64,000 nt of DNA from Candidatus Hydrothermarchaeum profundi (GTDB lineage Archaea; Hydrothermarchaeota; Hydrothermarchaeia; Hydrothermarchaeales; Hydrothermarchaeaceae). Shown here one piece after another: positions 9,888 to 19,835 of this stretch. Numbering within the stretch: position 1 is the first letter of the stretch; every line of letters starts with the position of its first letter. The stretch lies in assembly GCA_002011125.2 (NCBI GenBank), contig MTMF02000009.1:1704989-1768988 (forward strand), written 5' to 3'. The position numbers and the translations under genes were made by a program. Under the pieces are notes generated by a model, which saw only the letters and a list, made by a program, of their open reading frames with translations, made no database searches and was not told the origin of the DNA.

Positions 9888-12566
9888 ATGCCCATAGAAT
9901 ATGCTAATAAACCATTCTCCGATAAGGAAAGCCTTGAGTGTCTGGAATCATATGTAAGCAAGTGGTTTACTAGAACATATGCCGAGTTTACACCTCCACA
10001 GAGATATTCATTCAAACTTATATCCCAAGGAGAAAATGTACTAATAACTGCTCCCACAGGATCAGGAAAAACTCTCTCAGGGTTCATGTCTATTTTAAGC
10101 GAGTTATTTAAACTCGGTGAGAAAGGAGAACTCGAAGACAAGGTTTATTGTATATACATCTCTCCTCTAAAAGCACTTAATAATGACGTGAAAAAAAATC
10201 TTCTGACACCTCTGGTTGAAATAAGACAGATAGCAGAAGAAGAGGGTATTAAACTACCGGAGATAAGAGTAGGAGTCAGAACCGGGGATGTGCCCCAAAA
10301 TGAAAAACAGAAGCAACTAAAAGAGCCGCCCCATATACTTATCACCACCCCAGAAAGCCTCGCGGTGCTTCTTAATGCCCCCAAATTTTCTGAACACCTT
10401 AAGAGCCTTAAATGGGTGGTAGTTGACGAGATCCACGAGCTGGCTTCAAATAAAAGGGGCGTACATCTCAGCTTAAGCTTGGAGCGTCTTCGAGAATTAG
10501 TTGGAAGAGAATTCTGCAGGATAGGCCTAGGTGCTACTCTCCACCCGCTCAAGGAGGCAGCGAAGTTTCTCGTAGGATACGGAGGGAAAGAAATAAGGAG
10601 CTGTAAGATAGTAGATGTAAGCTGGTATAAGCCTTTAGATTTGAAAGTGCTTTCCCCTGTCGAAGATATTGTTCATGCCTCGGCAGAAGAGCTAAATGAA
10701 GCTCTCTACGAACTATTAGATGAGCTTATCTCTACCCACACTACGACTCTTGTGTTCACTAACACTAGGAGCGGTACAGAGAGGGTTGTGTTCCATCTTA
10801 AAGATAAGTGGGGAGAAAAGTATACGGATGAAACCCTTGGGGCTCATCATGGTTCACTATCGAGAGATACTCGGCTAGAAGTTGAAGATAGATTGAAAAA
10901 AGGGATGCTTAAAGCAGTTGTATGCTCTACTTCTCTCGAATTAGGAATAGATATTGGATACATAGACTTAGTTGTTCAAATAGGCTCACCTAAAAGTATA
11001 ACCAGGGCCGTACAGAGGATAGGAAGGAGTGGACATAAATTCAAAGATACCGCTAGAGGACGAATAATTGTATTGGATAGGGATGACTTAGTGGAATGCG
11101 CTGTAATGCTACAATGTGCTCGCGAGAGGAAGCTGGACGAGATCCAAATACCAGAGAACTGCTTGGATATCTTAGCTCAGCATGTCGTTGGCATGGCACT
11201 AACCCAGAAATGGAAAGTCAAAGATGCACTGCGAGTTATCAGAAGAAGCTACTGCTATCACCATTTGAAGGAGGACTTGTTTATCAGCCTCTTACATTAT
11301 CTTGCGGGCCATTATGCGGAGCTTGAGGATCAGAGGGTATATGGGAAGATTTGGTTTGATGAGAGAGAGGGGGTATTTGGTAGGAGGGGAAAATACACTC
11401 GCTTGATTTATTATTTAAATCTGGGGGCTATCCCTGATGAGGTAAAAATAGATGTCTATAAGCTTCCAAATAGAATTTACATTGGCGGGATAGAGGAAGG
11501 ATTTCTCGAAAGACTAAAACATGGAGATATATTCGTATTGGGCGGTAAGCTGTATAAGTTTAGATACGCTAGGGGGATGCGCTGCTATGTTGAGGATGTT
11601 CCTAAGGGTGCAGTACCGACTATCCCTGCCTGGTTCTCAGAGATGCTTCCACTAAGCTTTGACCTCGCAGAGGAAATAAGAGCTTTTAGATCAGAGATGA
11701 GAGAGAAGATACGAAGGAGCGAAAGCAAGGAAAAGATAGTTTCCTGGCTCGAGAAAAGCTTCCCCATCGACCATGCAGCGGCTAACTCTATCTATGAGTA
11801 CTTTATAGAACAGGAAATTTACACAGGGAAGATACCTGGGCTAAATGAGATCCTTGTTGAAGAAACATATGACCTCGAGAGGAGAAGATTCCTAGTATTC
11901 CACTCTTTATTTGGGAGGAGAACTAACGATGCACTATCTAGGGCAGTAGCTGTGATATTATCAGATCAAATTGGCCATAATGTAGGAGTGATAGTCAGCG
12001 ATAATGGATTCGCTCTTCTTGTGCCTGAGAAAAGGAGAATTTCTTTGGATAAGCTGATTAAGGAGCTTACTCAATGTGACTTAGAAGAACTCTTAAAGAA
12101 TAGCATAAGACGCACAGAGCTAATGAAAAGGAGATTTAGACATTGTTCTGCTAGAAGCTTCCTCGTATTGAGAAATTACAAAGGGTATAAGATAAGCGTA
12201 AGCAAACAGCAACTAAGCTCACAATCCCTACTTAAAGTAGTTGAAGAGATTGACCCAAATTTCCCTGTGATACAAGAGACCTATAGGGAGATACTAGAGG
12301 ATATCCTAGATATTAAAAGGGCAAAAGAGGTTATCAAAAAAATTAAAAACGGCGATATTATGGTGGAAAGCATATCTACCGAGTTTCCTTCCCCCTTCGC
12401 TCATAATCTGATTGTTCTAGGAGAAGCTGACATTGTTCTGATGGAGGATAGGAGAAAAAGGCTTATACAACTGCATGAAGCGATAATGAAAAAGATAAAA
12501 AAGAAATACGCTGAGCCAGCTGCCCCGCCTTATCTGACAGCACCGCCCACTAAAAGAGAAGACTAA
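9888..12566 (+). CDS. lhr: ATP-dependent helicase Lhr
   Basis: APTGSGKT, DEIH, AHHGSLS, STSLELGIDIG, QRIGRSGH, SPFA. Confidence 0.93.
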   Translation: MPIEYANKPFSDKESLECLESYVSKWFTRTYAEFTPPQRYSFKLISQGENVLITAPTGSGKTLSGFMSILSELFKLGEKGELEDKVYCIYISPLKALNNDVKKNLLTPLVEIRQIAEEEGIKLPEIRVGVRTGDVPQNEKQKQLKEPPHILITTPESLAVLLNAPKFSEHLKSLKWVVVDEIHELASNKRGVHLSLSLERLRELVGREFCRIGLGATLHPLKEAAKFLVGYGGKEIRSCKIVDVSWYKPLDLKVLSPVEDIVHASAEELNEALYELLDELISTHTTTLVFTNTRSGTERVVFHLKDKWGEKYTDETLGAHHGSLSRDTRLEVEDRLKKGMLKAVVCSTSLELGIDIGYIDLVVQIGSPKSITRAVQRIGRSGHKFKDTARGRIIVLDRDDLVECAVMLQCARERKLDEIQIPENCLDILAQHVVGMALTQKWKVKDALRVIRRSYCYHHLKEDLFISLLHYLAGHYAELEDQRVYGKIWFDEREGVFGRRGKYTRLIYYLNLGAIPDEVKIDVYKLPNRIYIGGIEEGFLERLKHGDIFVLGGKLYKFRYARGMRCYVEDVPKGAVPTIPAWFSEMLPLSFDLAEEIRAFRSEMREKIRRSESKEKIVSWLEKSFPIDHAAANSIYEYFIEQEIYTGKIPGLNEILVEETYDLERRRFLVFHSLFGRRTNDALSRAVAVILSDQIGHNVGVIVSDNGFALLVPEKRRISLDKLIKELTQCDLEELLKNSIRRTELMKRRFRHCSARSFLVLRNYKGYKISVSKQQLSSQSLLKVVEEIDPNFPVIQETYREILEDILDIKRAKEVIKKIKNGDIMVESISTEFPSPFAHNLIVLGEADIVLMEDRRKRLIQLHEAIMKKIKKKYAEPAAPPYLTAPPTKRED

Positions 12567-12947
12567 ACGAAAAAAAAGCAGAAGGAAATATATTACTTTT
12601 ATTTCTGGACTTTCTCAAGAGGTTTTTAGAGACGGAAAAGATCTAGTTCAGAAATTATAGAGTTGAATATTATATTTTAAACGCTGAAGAGGATATACCG
12701 CGGAGAATAGAAATTTGAAAGTTTAGTACTCCCTTTTCATTGTAATGTTCTGCATAAATCCAGCACAAGGTAGTATTTAAAGTAATCCTTGAAAAAAATC
12801 AATGAGCAGAATACTGCAGTAGATATAGAAAAAATAAAAAAACTTCTCCGGGATATCTGAAGTAGAACTTATAATTCCCCAATGTAATCACTTCAAATGG
12901 ACGTATATAAATATATGAGACTGATATAAAGAAGATGAGTAGATAAG

Positions 12948-14012
12948 ATGAAGATTGATATAGACAGAAAGCACATCACTGAAAATTTTTTCGTAGTATT
13001 ATTATTTATCGGCCTGATAGCCTTTCTCTACCTGTTAAAACCACTTTACCCCGCACTGCTTCTGGCATTAATATTAGTCTACATATTTAATCCCGTAGTA
13101 GACAAAGTCGAGGCTTACAGTAAGCGGAGATGGATAGGTGTTCTATTTATTATCATATTTGTTATCCCGCCGTTGAGCATCTTTCTAGGAATGCTTGTTT
13201 TGACTTTTATATCAGAGATCAGATTACTTTTGCGAGATCCCCAAGTGCAAGAATTTCTCCAGTACCTGGGGGTAAATATAGAGAGCTATGTATCATCGCT
13301 AGCTGGTGAAAAATTTTCTTTTTCACCATCAGACCTTTCTTCCCTTAGTGTTGCAGAAGTTTATGATAGCCTTCAAGCTTACCAGCAATGGTTTACAAAG
13401 GGCTTTGAGGCTGTATCTGGGTTCTTTAGAACATTAAGCTCTATTTTATTTCAGACAATACTCGGGGGTTTCTTCGCGCTTTATGCGCTATTAAAAATGA
13501 ACAAAATAAGAAAGACAATAAGAGCAATTGAACATGAAAAGATTCAAATGTTCCTCGTTTTCGTTGATAAAGGCTTGAAACAAGTCGTGTATAGCATGTT
13601 CCTTACCTCTGTATTTGGTGGAGTTATCTCGGCAATTATTTATTGGTATTTTGGTCTTCCCTTTATTCTTTTGCTTTCAATCCTTACCGGCTTACTAATA
13701 CTCATCCCCTTAGTAGGAGGCTGGCTGGTTTATCTTCCATTAACAGGCTATATCTTATGGAAACAAGGGCTGGTTGATGCAGCTCTTTTCTTCGTAGTAT
13801 GTGCCATATTTATAAGCACTATGCCTGACCTTTTGATTAGACCAATGCTGGCTAAGAGTAAAGAGGTCGACTTTGTTTTACTATCCTTGGGCTTTATTTC
13901 AGGTGTAATCGCCTTTGGAGCGATAGGTATTATATTAGGACCTTTACTCATAATTTGTGCTGTAGGAGTTTTTAAAATACTATCTAGCGATAATGAAGAA
14001 TCTAAGAATTAA
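12948..14012 (+). CDS. AI-2E family (UPF0118) transporter
   Basis: multi-TM; LIPLVG, D..IRP, FGAIGIILGP. Confidence 0.85.
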   Translation: MKIDIDRKHITENFFVVLLFIGLIAFLYLLKPLYPALLLALILVYIFNPVVDKVEAYSKRRWIGVLFIIIFVIPPLSIFLGMLVLTFISEIRLLLRDPQVQEFLQYLGVNIESYVSSLAGEKFSFSPSDLSSLSVAEVYDSLQAYQQWFTKGFEAVSGFFRTLSSILFQTILGGFFALYALLKMNKIRKTIRAIEHEKIQMFLVFVDKGLKQVVYSMFLTSVFGGVISAIIYWYFGLPFILLLSILTGLLILIPLVGGWLVYLPLTGYILWKQGLVDAALFFVVCAIFISTMPDLLIRPMLAKSKEVDFVLLSLGFISGVIAFGAIGIILGPLLIICAVGVFKILSSDNEESKN

Positions 14013-14125
14013 CCCTTAATATATGTTTACTAGATTCCCATAATTTCTTTTAAAGTGTAGTAGAGGATCTAAACTCTCGACTCGACTCAGGTCTTTTTTA
14101 TTAATCTCAACTTAAACTGAGTTAA

Positions 14126-15250
14126 TCATTTTTCCGATAATTCTCCGAGCCTGTCAATGTAATGCAGTATTACCTCGGCAGCTCTTCCTGCACCGTTAAG
14201 CTCTTTAAAGGGCAATGGTTTGCTCAAAATGCACTCCCTCGCCTTCATGGAGAGTAATTCAGGTGTCAGATCTCTTCTGGGGAGGAATTCTATATTCTCA
14301 AATATAGAGAAGCGGCGGATATTTTCAAGCTGCTCGAAATGCTCCTCAATTGGTATAGCTATGCACCTAACTCCTAGGGACGCAATCTCTGATAAACTAG
14401 CGGTACCAGCTTGAGTTATAACGCAGTCAGAGGAGTACATAAGGGAGGGTAAGTCTTTAACGAAGCCAAGTAGCTTAACGCCATCAGGCACCTTCTTGTT
14501 TATAGATCCCCTAGGACCTAGTACTATGATGGTGTTTAAGTCTTTAAACTCCTTCCTCAGGGTTTTATGAGCTTCAATGGCTACCCTAAGTATGTCAGAG
14601 CCTATAGACGTCCCCCCCGTAGTGACCACTATCGTCCTTCCGCTCAGCCCAAGTTTCTCTCTAATCTTACTCCTATCAGAGATATCCCTCCTAGAAAGCC
14701 CGGGCAATCCCACATGGTGAGCATGAGGCCCTATTAAGCCTGGATCGTATTCACCCTCATCGCCATAAAATATGAATAAGTCAACAGACCTGTAGAGCCT
14801 GATAAGGACTTTATTCAGCACGTAAGCAATTAATCCCCCAGCGGTATATCTGATGAAGTCTGTTAGAAATACAACCCTACAATTCGGCCTCCAGTAGGCT
14901 ATCTCCCAAGCCTCATCACCTATAACCAGGTCTGGAATTACCTGCGCATAAGCTTCTTTCGCAATCATAGCGTTGTGCCTAATAGACCCAATAAGTTTCA
15001 CCCCATTCCTTATCCCTATATTTATCCTCCCAGCTTCTCTCTCCATTTTCTCAACTCCCGGGGACAGGGACGAGAGTTCTCTAGAAAGGTTGTGAACCTC
15101 CTGGCCGTGTTCCCTCAGGAAGCGTAGCACAGGTTCTCCAGCCAGCCATGTTACCTCAACCCTTCTTTGCTCCTTCAACTTTTCTACTACTTTCAGACTT
15201 CTCCTAGCATGACCTAAGCCTATTGATGAAACAAGGAAGAGGATTTTCAT
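14126..15250 (-). CDS. glycosyltransferase, GT-B fold (GT28/MurG-like C-terminus)
   Basis: GLGHA.R, TTGGTS, ITQAG..S..E, HFEQ..N. Confidence 0.85.
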   Translation of the reverse strand: MKILFLVSSIGLGHARRSLKVVEKLKEQRRVEVTWLAGEPVLRFLREHGQEVHNLSRELSSLSPGVEKMEREAGRINIGIRNGVKLIGSIRHNAMIAKEAYAQVIPDLVIGDEAWEIAYWRPNCRVVFLTDFIRYTAGGLIAYVLNKVLIRLYRSVDLFIFYGDEGEYDPGLIGPHAHHVGLPGLSRRDISDRSKIREKLGLSGRTIVVTTGGTSIGSDILRVAIEAHKTLRKEFKDLNTIIVLGPRGSINKKVPDGVKLLGFVKDLPSLMYSSDCVITQAGTASLSEIASLGVRCIAIPIEEHFEQLENIRRFSIFENIEFLPRRDLTPELLSMKARECILSKPLPFKELNGAGRAAEVILHYIDRLGELSEK

Positions 15251-15516
15251 CTTAAATACCTACTTATAGGCTTTTCACTAGCATAACCCGTAAGGTGTAC
15301 GTTATCCAATCCTCTTCGAGACTTGGGGAGACATTTCAAGAGAGTTTCACCTCCCTTAGCAACTGTAAGGCCAGCAGAACTTACCCAGCTATATAACATT
15401 ATCTCCCTCAACTATACGCCTCCTTTTTTATCCACAGCTTCTTGTAGCCTTAGTTGACATCGATTACTCTCTATCCTTGCAATAATTAATAGTGCTAGTA
15501 TAGTCTTATAAGAGTT

Positions 15517-15768
15517 CTATCCTTCGAGTAGGTTGTAAAGGAATGCAAAAGTAGCCCCTCCATAGACACCGTAGACAAAGGTCTCCACCAAGCCGAGGAT
15601 AAAGCTTCCCATACTGAGCCAAGTAAAACCGGGTAAAATTGGTGCCCAAACACCGAACATGGCATACTCTGGAAGAGCTATATCCCACAGAACGCAGAGG
15701 ACATATGTTATACTGAAAAGAACTCCGAGAGCCAATCCCGCTGCCCTAATGTTGATTTTTCCTTGCAT
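15517..15768 (-). CDS. small membrane protein, DUF5676-like
   Basis: F.ITYVLC, LPGF.WLS..SF.LGLVE...YG, LYN pattern. Confidence 0.7.
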   Translation of the reverse strand: MQGKINIRAAGLALGVLFSITYVLCVLWDIALPEYAMFGVWAPILPGFTWLSMGSFILGLVETFVYGVYGGATFAFLYNLLEG

Positions 15769-15924
15769 TAGTTTTATTTACAAAGATAAGTATTTATTTC
15801 TTTTTCTTACAAAAAACGCAAAATTATAATGTTTTCCGCATATATTGAGAAATTTTCAATTAGAATTTTTATCAAAATGGAAGAAACTTAAAGATTAGAA
15901 GGCTACGGTTAGGAATTTGATAGG

Positions 15925-17208
15925 CTATAGTGAAGTTTTACTTTCCCTTCGTAATTCGTCAAGTATTTCTTTAGCTCTATCCATCCTTACCCTTTTCTCT
16001 TTCACTAGTCTTTCAACGACCTTATCTATGAGCTCTCCCTCAGCTCCCGCCATAACCGCGATATTTCTTGCATGAAGCTCCATATGCCCTCGCTGGATGC
16101 CCTCCGTAGCAAGAGCTCTTAAAGCAGCGAGATTTTGAGCTAGCCCCACTGCCGCCATAACTTCTCCTAATTCCCTCGCAGTTTTTATCCCCAAGATCTT
16201 TACATTTGCTTTAGCCACCGGATGAACTGCTGTAGCTCCTCCAACTAGACCTACTGCAACCGGCACTTCTATCCTACCTACAAGATCTCCTTCCTCATTC
16301 TTCCAATAGCTTGTTAAAGGCTTATATCTACCATGATAAGCAGCATAAGCGTGAGCTCCTGCCTCTATCGCTCTGGTATCATTTCCAGTAGCTAGGGTTA
16401 CCGCTGTTATTCCATTCATTATCCCTTTATTATGCGTAGCGCACCTAAATGGATCTGCCTCGGCAAAAGCGTATGCCTTCAATATCCCGTCTACAACCTC
16501 CTCTCCCCCAAGAGCTTCCTTAGAGAAAATGGCCTCAGCCCGTGCTAGTCGGTAGACAGCGAGATTAGAAATTATCCTAAGAAAAACCTTCCCTCCAGTT
16601 ATATCCTCCAACAACGGAGCTACAGCTTCCGCCATAGTATTTACTGCATTGGCTCCCATGGCGTCCCTGCAGTCTACTAATAAGTGAACGATAAGCATAG
16701 AGCCTTCCTTAGTATCCAAAATCCTTACTTCCAAGTCCTTAGCGCCTCCGCCCAACTTTACAAGGAGGGGATCCTGACTATTCGCAAGTTCTAAAATCTC
16801 ATTCTTTTTTAAGAGGATTAACCCTCTAGCTTTATCTGGGTCATATACATCAGTTAACTGTATTTGACCTATCATTATCGGCTCTGTGCTCTCTGTTTTA
16901 AATCCCCCTTTTATCCTGGCCATCTTAGCAGCATTGCTCGCTGCTGCAACTACAGAAGGCTCCTCTATCGCCATAGGTATGAGATAGTCTTTCCCATTAA
17001 TCAGAAAATTTACTGCTATCCCCAATGGTACTTCCATAGTTCCAATGACATTCTCGATCATCCTATCAACCTGGTCTACCCTCATACAGCCGGTATTCCT
17101 TATAGCGCTTACTTCCTCCTCCGATAACCCAGCAAATTCCTTTACAATTTTAAGCCTGTCATCAACACTTAGCTTATAAAAACCGGAAATTTTTGAAGTC
17201 TTACTCAT
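15925..17208 (-). CDS. mvaA: class II (bacterial-type) HMG-CoA reductase
   Basis: [35 protein letters not shown]. Confidence 0.93.
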   Translation of the reverse strand: MSKTSKISGFYKLSVDDRLKIVKEFAGLSEEEVSAIRNTGCMRVDQVDRMIENVIGTMEVPLGIAVNFLINGKDYLIPMAIEEPSVVAAASNAAKMARIKGGFKTESTEPIMIGQIQLTDVYDPDKARGLILLKKNEILELANSQDPLLVKLGGGAKDLEVRILDTKEGSMLIVHLLVDCRDAMGANAVNTMAEAVAPLLEDITGGKVFLRIISNLAVYRLARAEAIFSKEALGGEEVVDGILKAYAFAEADPFRCATHNKGIMNGITAVTLATGNDTRAIEAGAHAYAAYHGRYKPLTSYWKNEEGDLVGRIEVPVAVGLVGGATAVHPVAKANVKILGIKTARELGEVMAAVGLAQNLAALRALATEGIQRGHMELHARNIAVMAGAEGELIDKVVERLVKEKRVRMDRAKEILDELRRESKTSL

Positions 17209-17268
17209 TTGCCTATCCCCATTGATATTCTCTAACCCGATATTCCGCTCATATTAACATCTATATTC

Positions 17269-18570
17269 TCACTCTAAAAGCCTTCTGGGTACTCTCTGCT
17301 TTACTAAGAGGTCCTCTACACTTTCTCTTTCGCGAATAAGCTCATATTTTCCATCTCTGACAAGAACCTCAGCTGGCCTAGGCCTTGAATTGTACTGAGA
17401 TGCCATTATTATGCAGTAGGCCCCTACATCAAGGAAAGCTACAACATCTCCTGCCTCCACGTTAGGTAGCCGTCGGTCTCTGCCGAGTATGTCCCCCGAC
17501 TCGCAAACATTGCCAGCAATATCTACCCTCTCAACAGGCTCTTGATTCATTTTGTTTGCTATAACAGCCTCATGATAAGCGCCATATAGAACGGGCCTCA
17601 ATAAAATATGAAACCCTGCGTCTACACCTATGAACTTCTTGTAAGGAGTTTGCTTGACTGTGCTTACTCTACACAATAAAATCGAGGAGTCACCCACAAT
17701 ATACCTTCCGGGCTCCAAATATAAGGTTGGTTCCTCTATACTATGCTCTTTTATTTTTCTTTTTATGATGGGTATAAGAGCATTGGCGAGATCAGTTGGA
17801 GTTATATATGGGCTATCACGCTCGTATCTTATACCTAACCCCCCGCCTAAGTCTACGAACTCTAGATCTATTTCTAGCACTCTCTTTAACTTGCCTACTA
17901 TGTCGAAGAGCTTTGAGGTAGCTTCTTCATAGGGTTGAGTACTTGTTATCTGAGAGCCTATATGCATATGAATTCCTAAGATTCTTAAGTAATCCGAATC
18001 CTTGGCTCTGCGGTAGACTTTTATCACGTCTTCTTCATGAATTCCGAATTTGCTTTTTCTTAGACCTGTTGCGAGATGAGGATGCGTCATAGGGGATACT
18101 GAGGGATTTACCCTGAAAGAGATCTTTGCTTCCTTACCCTTCTCCTCACATATACCAATTAGTCTCTCCAGTTCGTGGACCGCATCTATGTTTATGATTA
18201 CGTCCTCTTCTAAGGCAAGTTCAAGCTCCCTATCAGTCTTATTATTTCCAGTGAAAATTATATTCTCTGCTTCTAGTCCAATCTTCTTCCTAGCTATATA
18301 CAGTTCTCCCTCTGAGAGGATGTCCGCACCTGCGCCTTCCTGTCTAAGAATATGTAACACTGCCAAGGAGGTATTTGCCTTATATGCATATTTTATCTCG
18401 ACTTTTGGATATAAAGAAGAAAAAGCTGAGTAAAACTCCCTATACCTCTCTCTTATACGGTTTTCATCTACGACATATAAAGGCGTATCTAATTCGTCTG
18501 CAAGCTTAACGGCATCTACCCCGCCAATAGTAAGATGACCCATATCATTAACCTTTATGTGGGGTCTCAT
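17269..18570 (-). CDS. lysA: diaminopimelate decarboxylase
   Basis: YAYKAN, SKFG, HIGSQ, EPGRY, CESGD, YNSRPRP. Confidence 0.95.
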   Translation of the reverse strand: MRPHIKVNDMGHLTIGGVDAVKLADELDTPLYVVDENRIRERYREFYSAFSSLYPKVEIKYAYKANTSLAVLHILRQEGAGADILSEGELYIARKKIGLEAENIIFTGNNKTDRELELALEEDVIINIDAVHELERLIGICEEKGKEAKISFRVNPSVSPMTHPHLATGLRKSKFGIHEEDVIKVYRRAKDSDYLRILGIHMHIGSQITSTQPYEEATSKLFDIVGKLKRVLEIDLEFVDLGGGLGIRYERDSPYITPTDLANALIPIIKRKIKEHSIEEPTLYLEPGRYIVGDSSILLCRVSTVKQTPYKKFIGVDAGFHILLRPVLYGAYHEAVIANKMNQEPVERVDIAGNVCESGDILGRDRRLPNVEAGDVVAFLDVGAYCIIMASQYNSRPRPAEVLVRDGKYELIRERESVEDLLVKQRVPRRLLE

Positions 18571-18573
18571 AAT

Positions 18574-19734
18574 TTATGCACCCTTTAGCACTTTATCCAT
18601 CCTTTCAATAGCCTCGTTTATTCTCTCAACAGGCTGGGTTAATGCAAATCTTACATAACCCTCACCATACTCTCCAAAACCTATCCCCGGAGTGCAAACT
18701 ACGCCGCATTCGTCTAATAACATCTTAGTGAACTCTATCGAATCCCCCTCAGGCACTTCGAGCCATACATAAAAAGTTGCTTTGGGCGTTTCACAGTCAA
18801 AGCCCATACTACGGAGGCCCTCTACAAGGATGTTTCTACGCTCTTGGTATATTCTAATGTTTTCTTTAACACATTCTTGTGAGGACATAAGCGCAGCGAT
18901 TCCTGCTTCCTGTATTATCTGCGAAGTGCCAGAATCTACATTTGTTTTAACCTTTCTTAGACCATCTATAATCTCACTGTTCCCTACCACGTATCCTATC
19001 CTCCAGCCCGTCATATTATAAGTCTTTGATAGAGAATTAAACACCACACCAACATCCTTCGCTCCCTCTATCTCTAGGAAAGAGGGAGGCTTGTATCCAT
19101 CAAACGCTATAGAGGAGTAGGCTTCATCTGAACATACTATTATTTCATTTTCAGTAGCAAAATCAACAACCGCCTTATAAAACTCTCTATCAGCAACCGC
19201 TGCTGTAGGATTATTAGGATAGTTTATCCACATCAGCTTAGCATTCCTCGCCTTCTCGCTAGGTATCGAATCTAAATCAGGCAGAAATCTGTTTTCCTTA
19301 ATGAGAGGCATAGGATAAGCTTTCCCACCAGCGAATAGGGGTCCAGTGCGATAGACAGGATACCCCGGGTTAGTGTATAGCACTATATCTCCTGGATCGA
19401 TAAATGCGAAGTGAATATTATGTATGCTTTCCTTCGAGCCTAGAGATACTATTATCTCTGTTTCCGGGTCCAACTCAATCCCGTAGTCTAGCTCGTATCG
19501 TTTAGCTACAGCTTTTCTAAAAGAGAGGAGCCCAGTATAACTAGGATACCTGTGGTTTTCAGGTTTTTTCGCTGCCTCGCAACAAGCTTCAATAATATGT
19601 CTCGGGGTAGGCAAATCAGGGTCCCCTACACCAAATGTAATTATATCTACCCCTTCTTTCTTTTTCTCTTCAATCCTCCTATCTATCTCGTCGAAAAGGT
19701 ACGGAGGCAAATTTCTGATCCTATCTGCCAGCAT
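18574..19734 (-). CDS. dapL: LL-diaminopimelate aminotransferase (class I/II PLP)
   Basis: PPYLF, NYPNNPT, DEAY, SKTYNMTGWRIG; adjacent to lysA; ATG at 19734 preferred. Confidence 0.85.
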   Translation of the reverse strand: MLADRIRNLPPYLFDEIDRRIEEKKKEGVDIITFGVGDPDLPTPRHIIEACCEAAKKPENHRYPSYTGLLSFRKAVAKRYELDYGIELDPETEIIVSLGSKESIHNIHFAFIDPGDIVLYTNPGYPVYRTGPLFAGGKAYPMPLIKENRFLPDLDSIPSEKARNAKLMWINYPNNPTAAVADREFYKAVVDFATENEIIVCSDEAYSSIAFDGYKPPSFLEIEGAKDVGVVFNSLSKTYNMTGWRIGYVVGNSEIIDGLRKVKTNVDSGTSQIIQEAGIAALMSSQECVKENIRIYQERRNILVEGLRSMGFDCETPKATFYVWLEVPEGDSIEFTKMLLDECGVVCTPGIGFGEYGEGYVRFALTQPVERINEAIERMDKVLKGA

Positions 19735-19835
19735 CAATAAGCAAACCACCGAATCATTTTTATAAGGTTAGGATTACTTTGGTGATATTTAAACGTTGTC
19801 AAAAGTTGGAGTGGGTCTCCAAAGTTGTGAAGGAT

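Noticed and set aside
12567-12947. CRISPR remnant (aatttgaaag near 12712) or hidden gene
   Set aside because: Single occurrence with no repeat-spacer periodicity and only short broken frames; no CRISPR array seen in the window.
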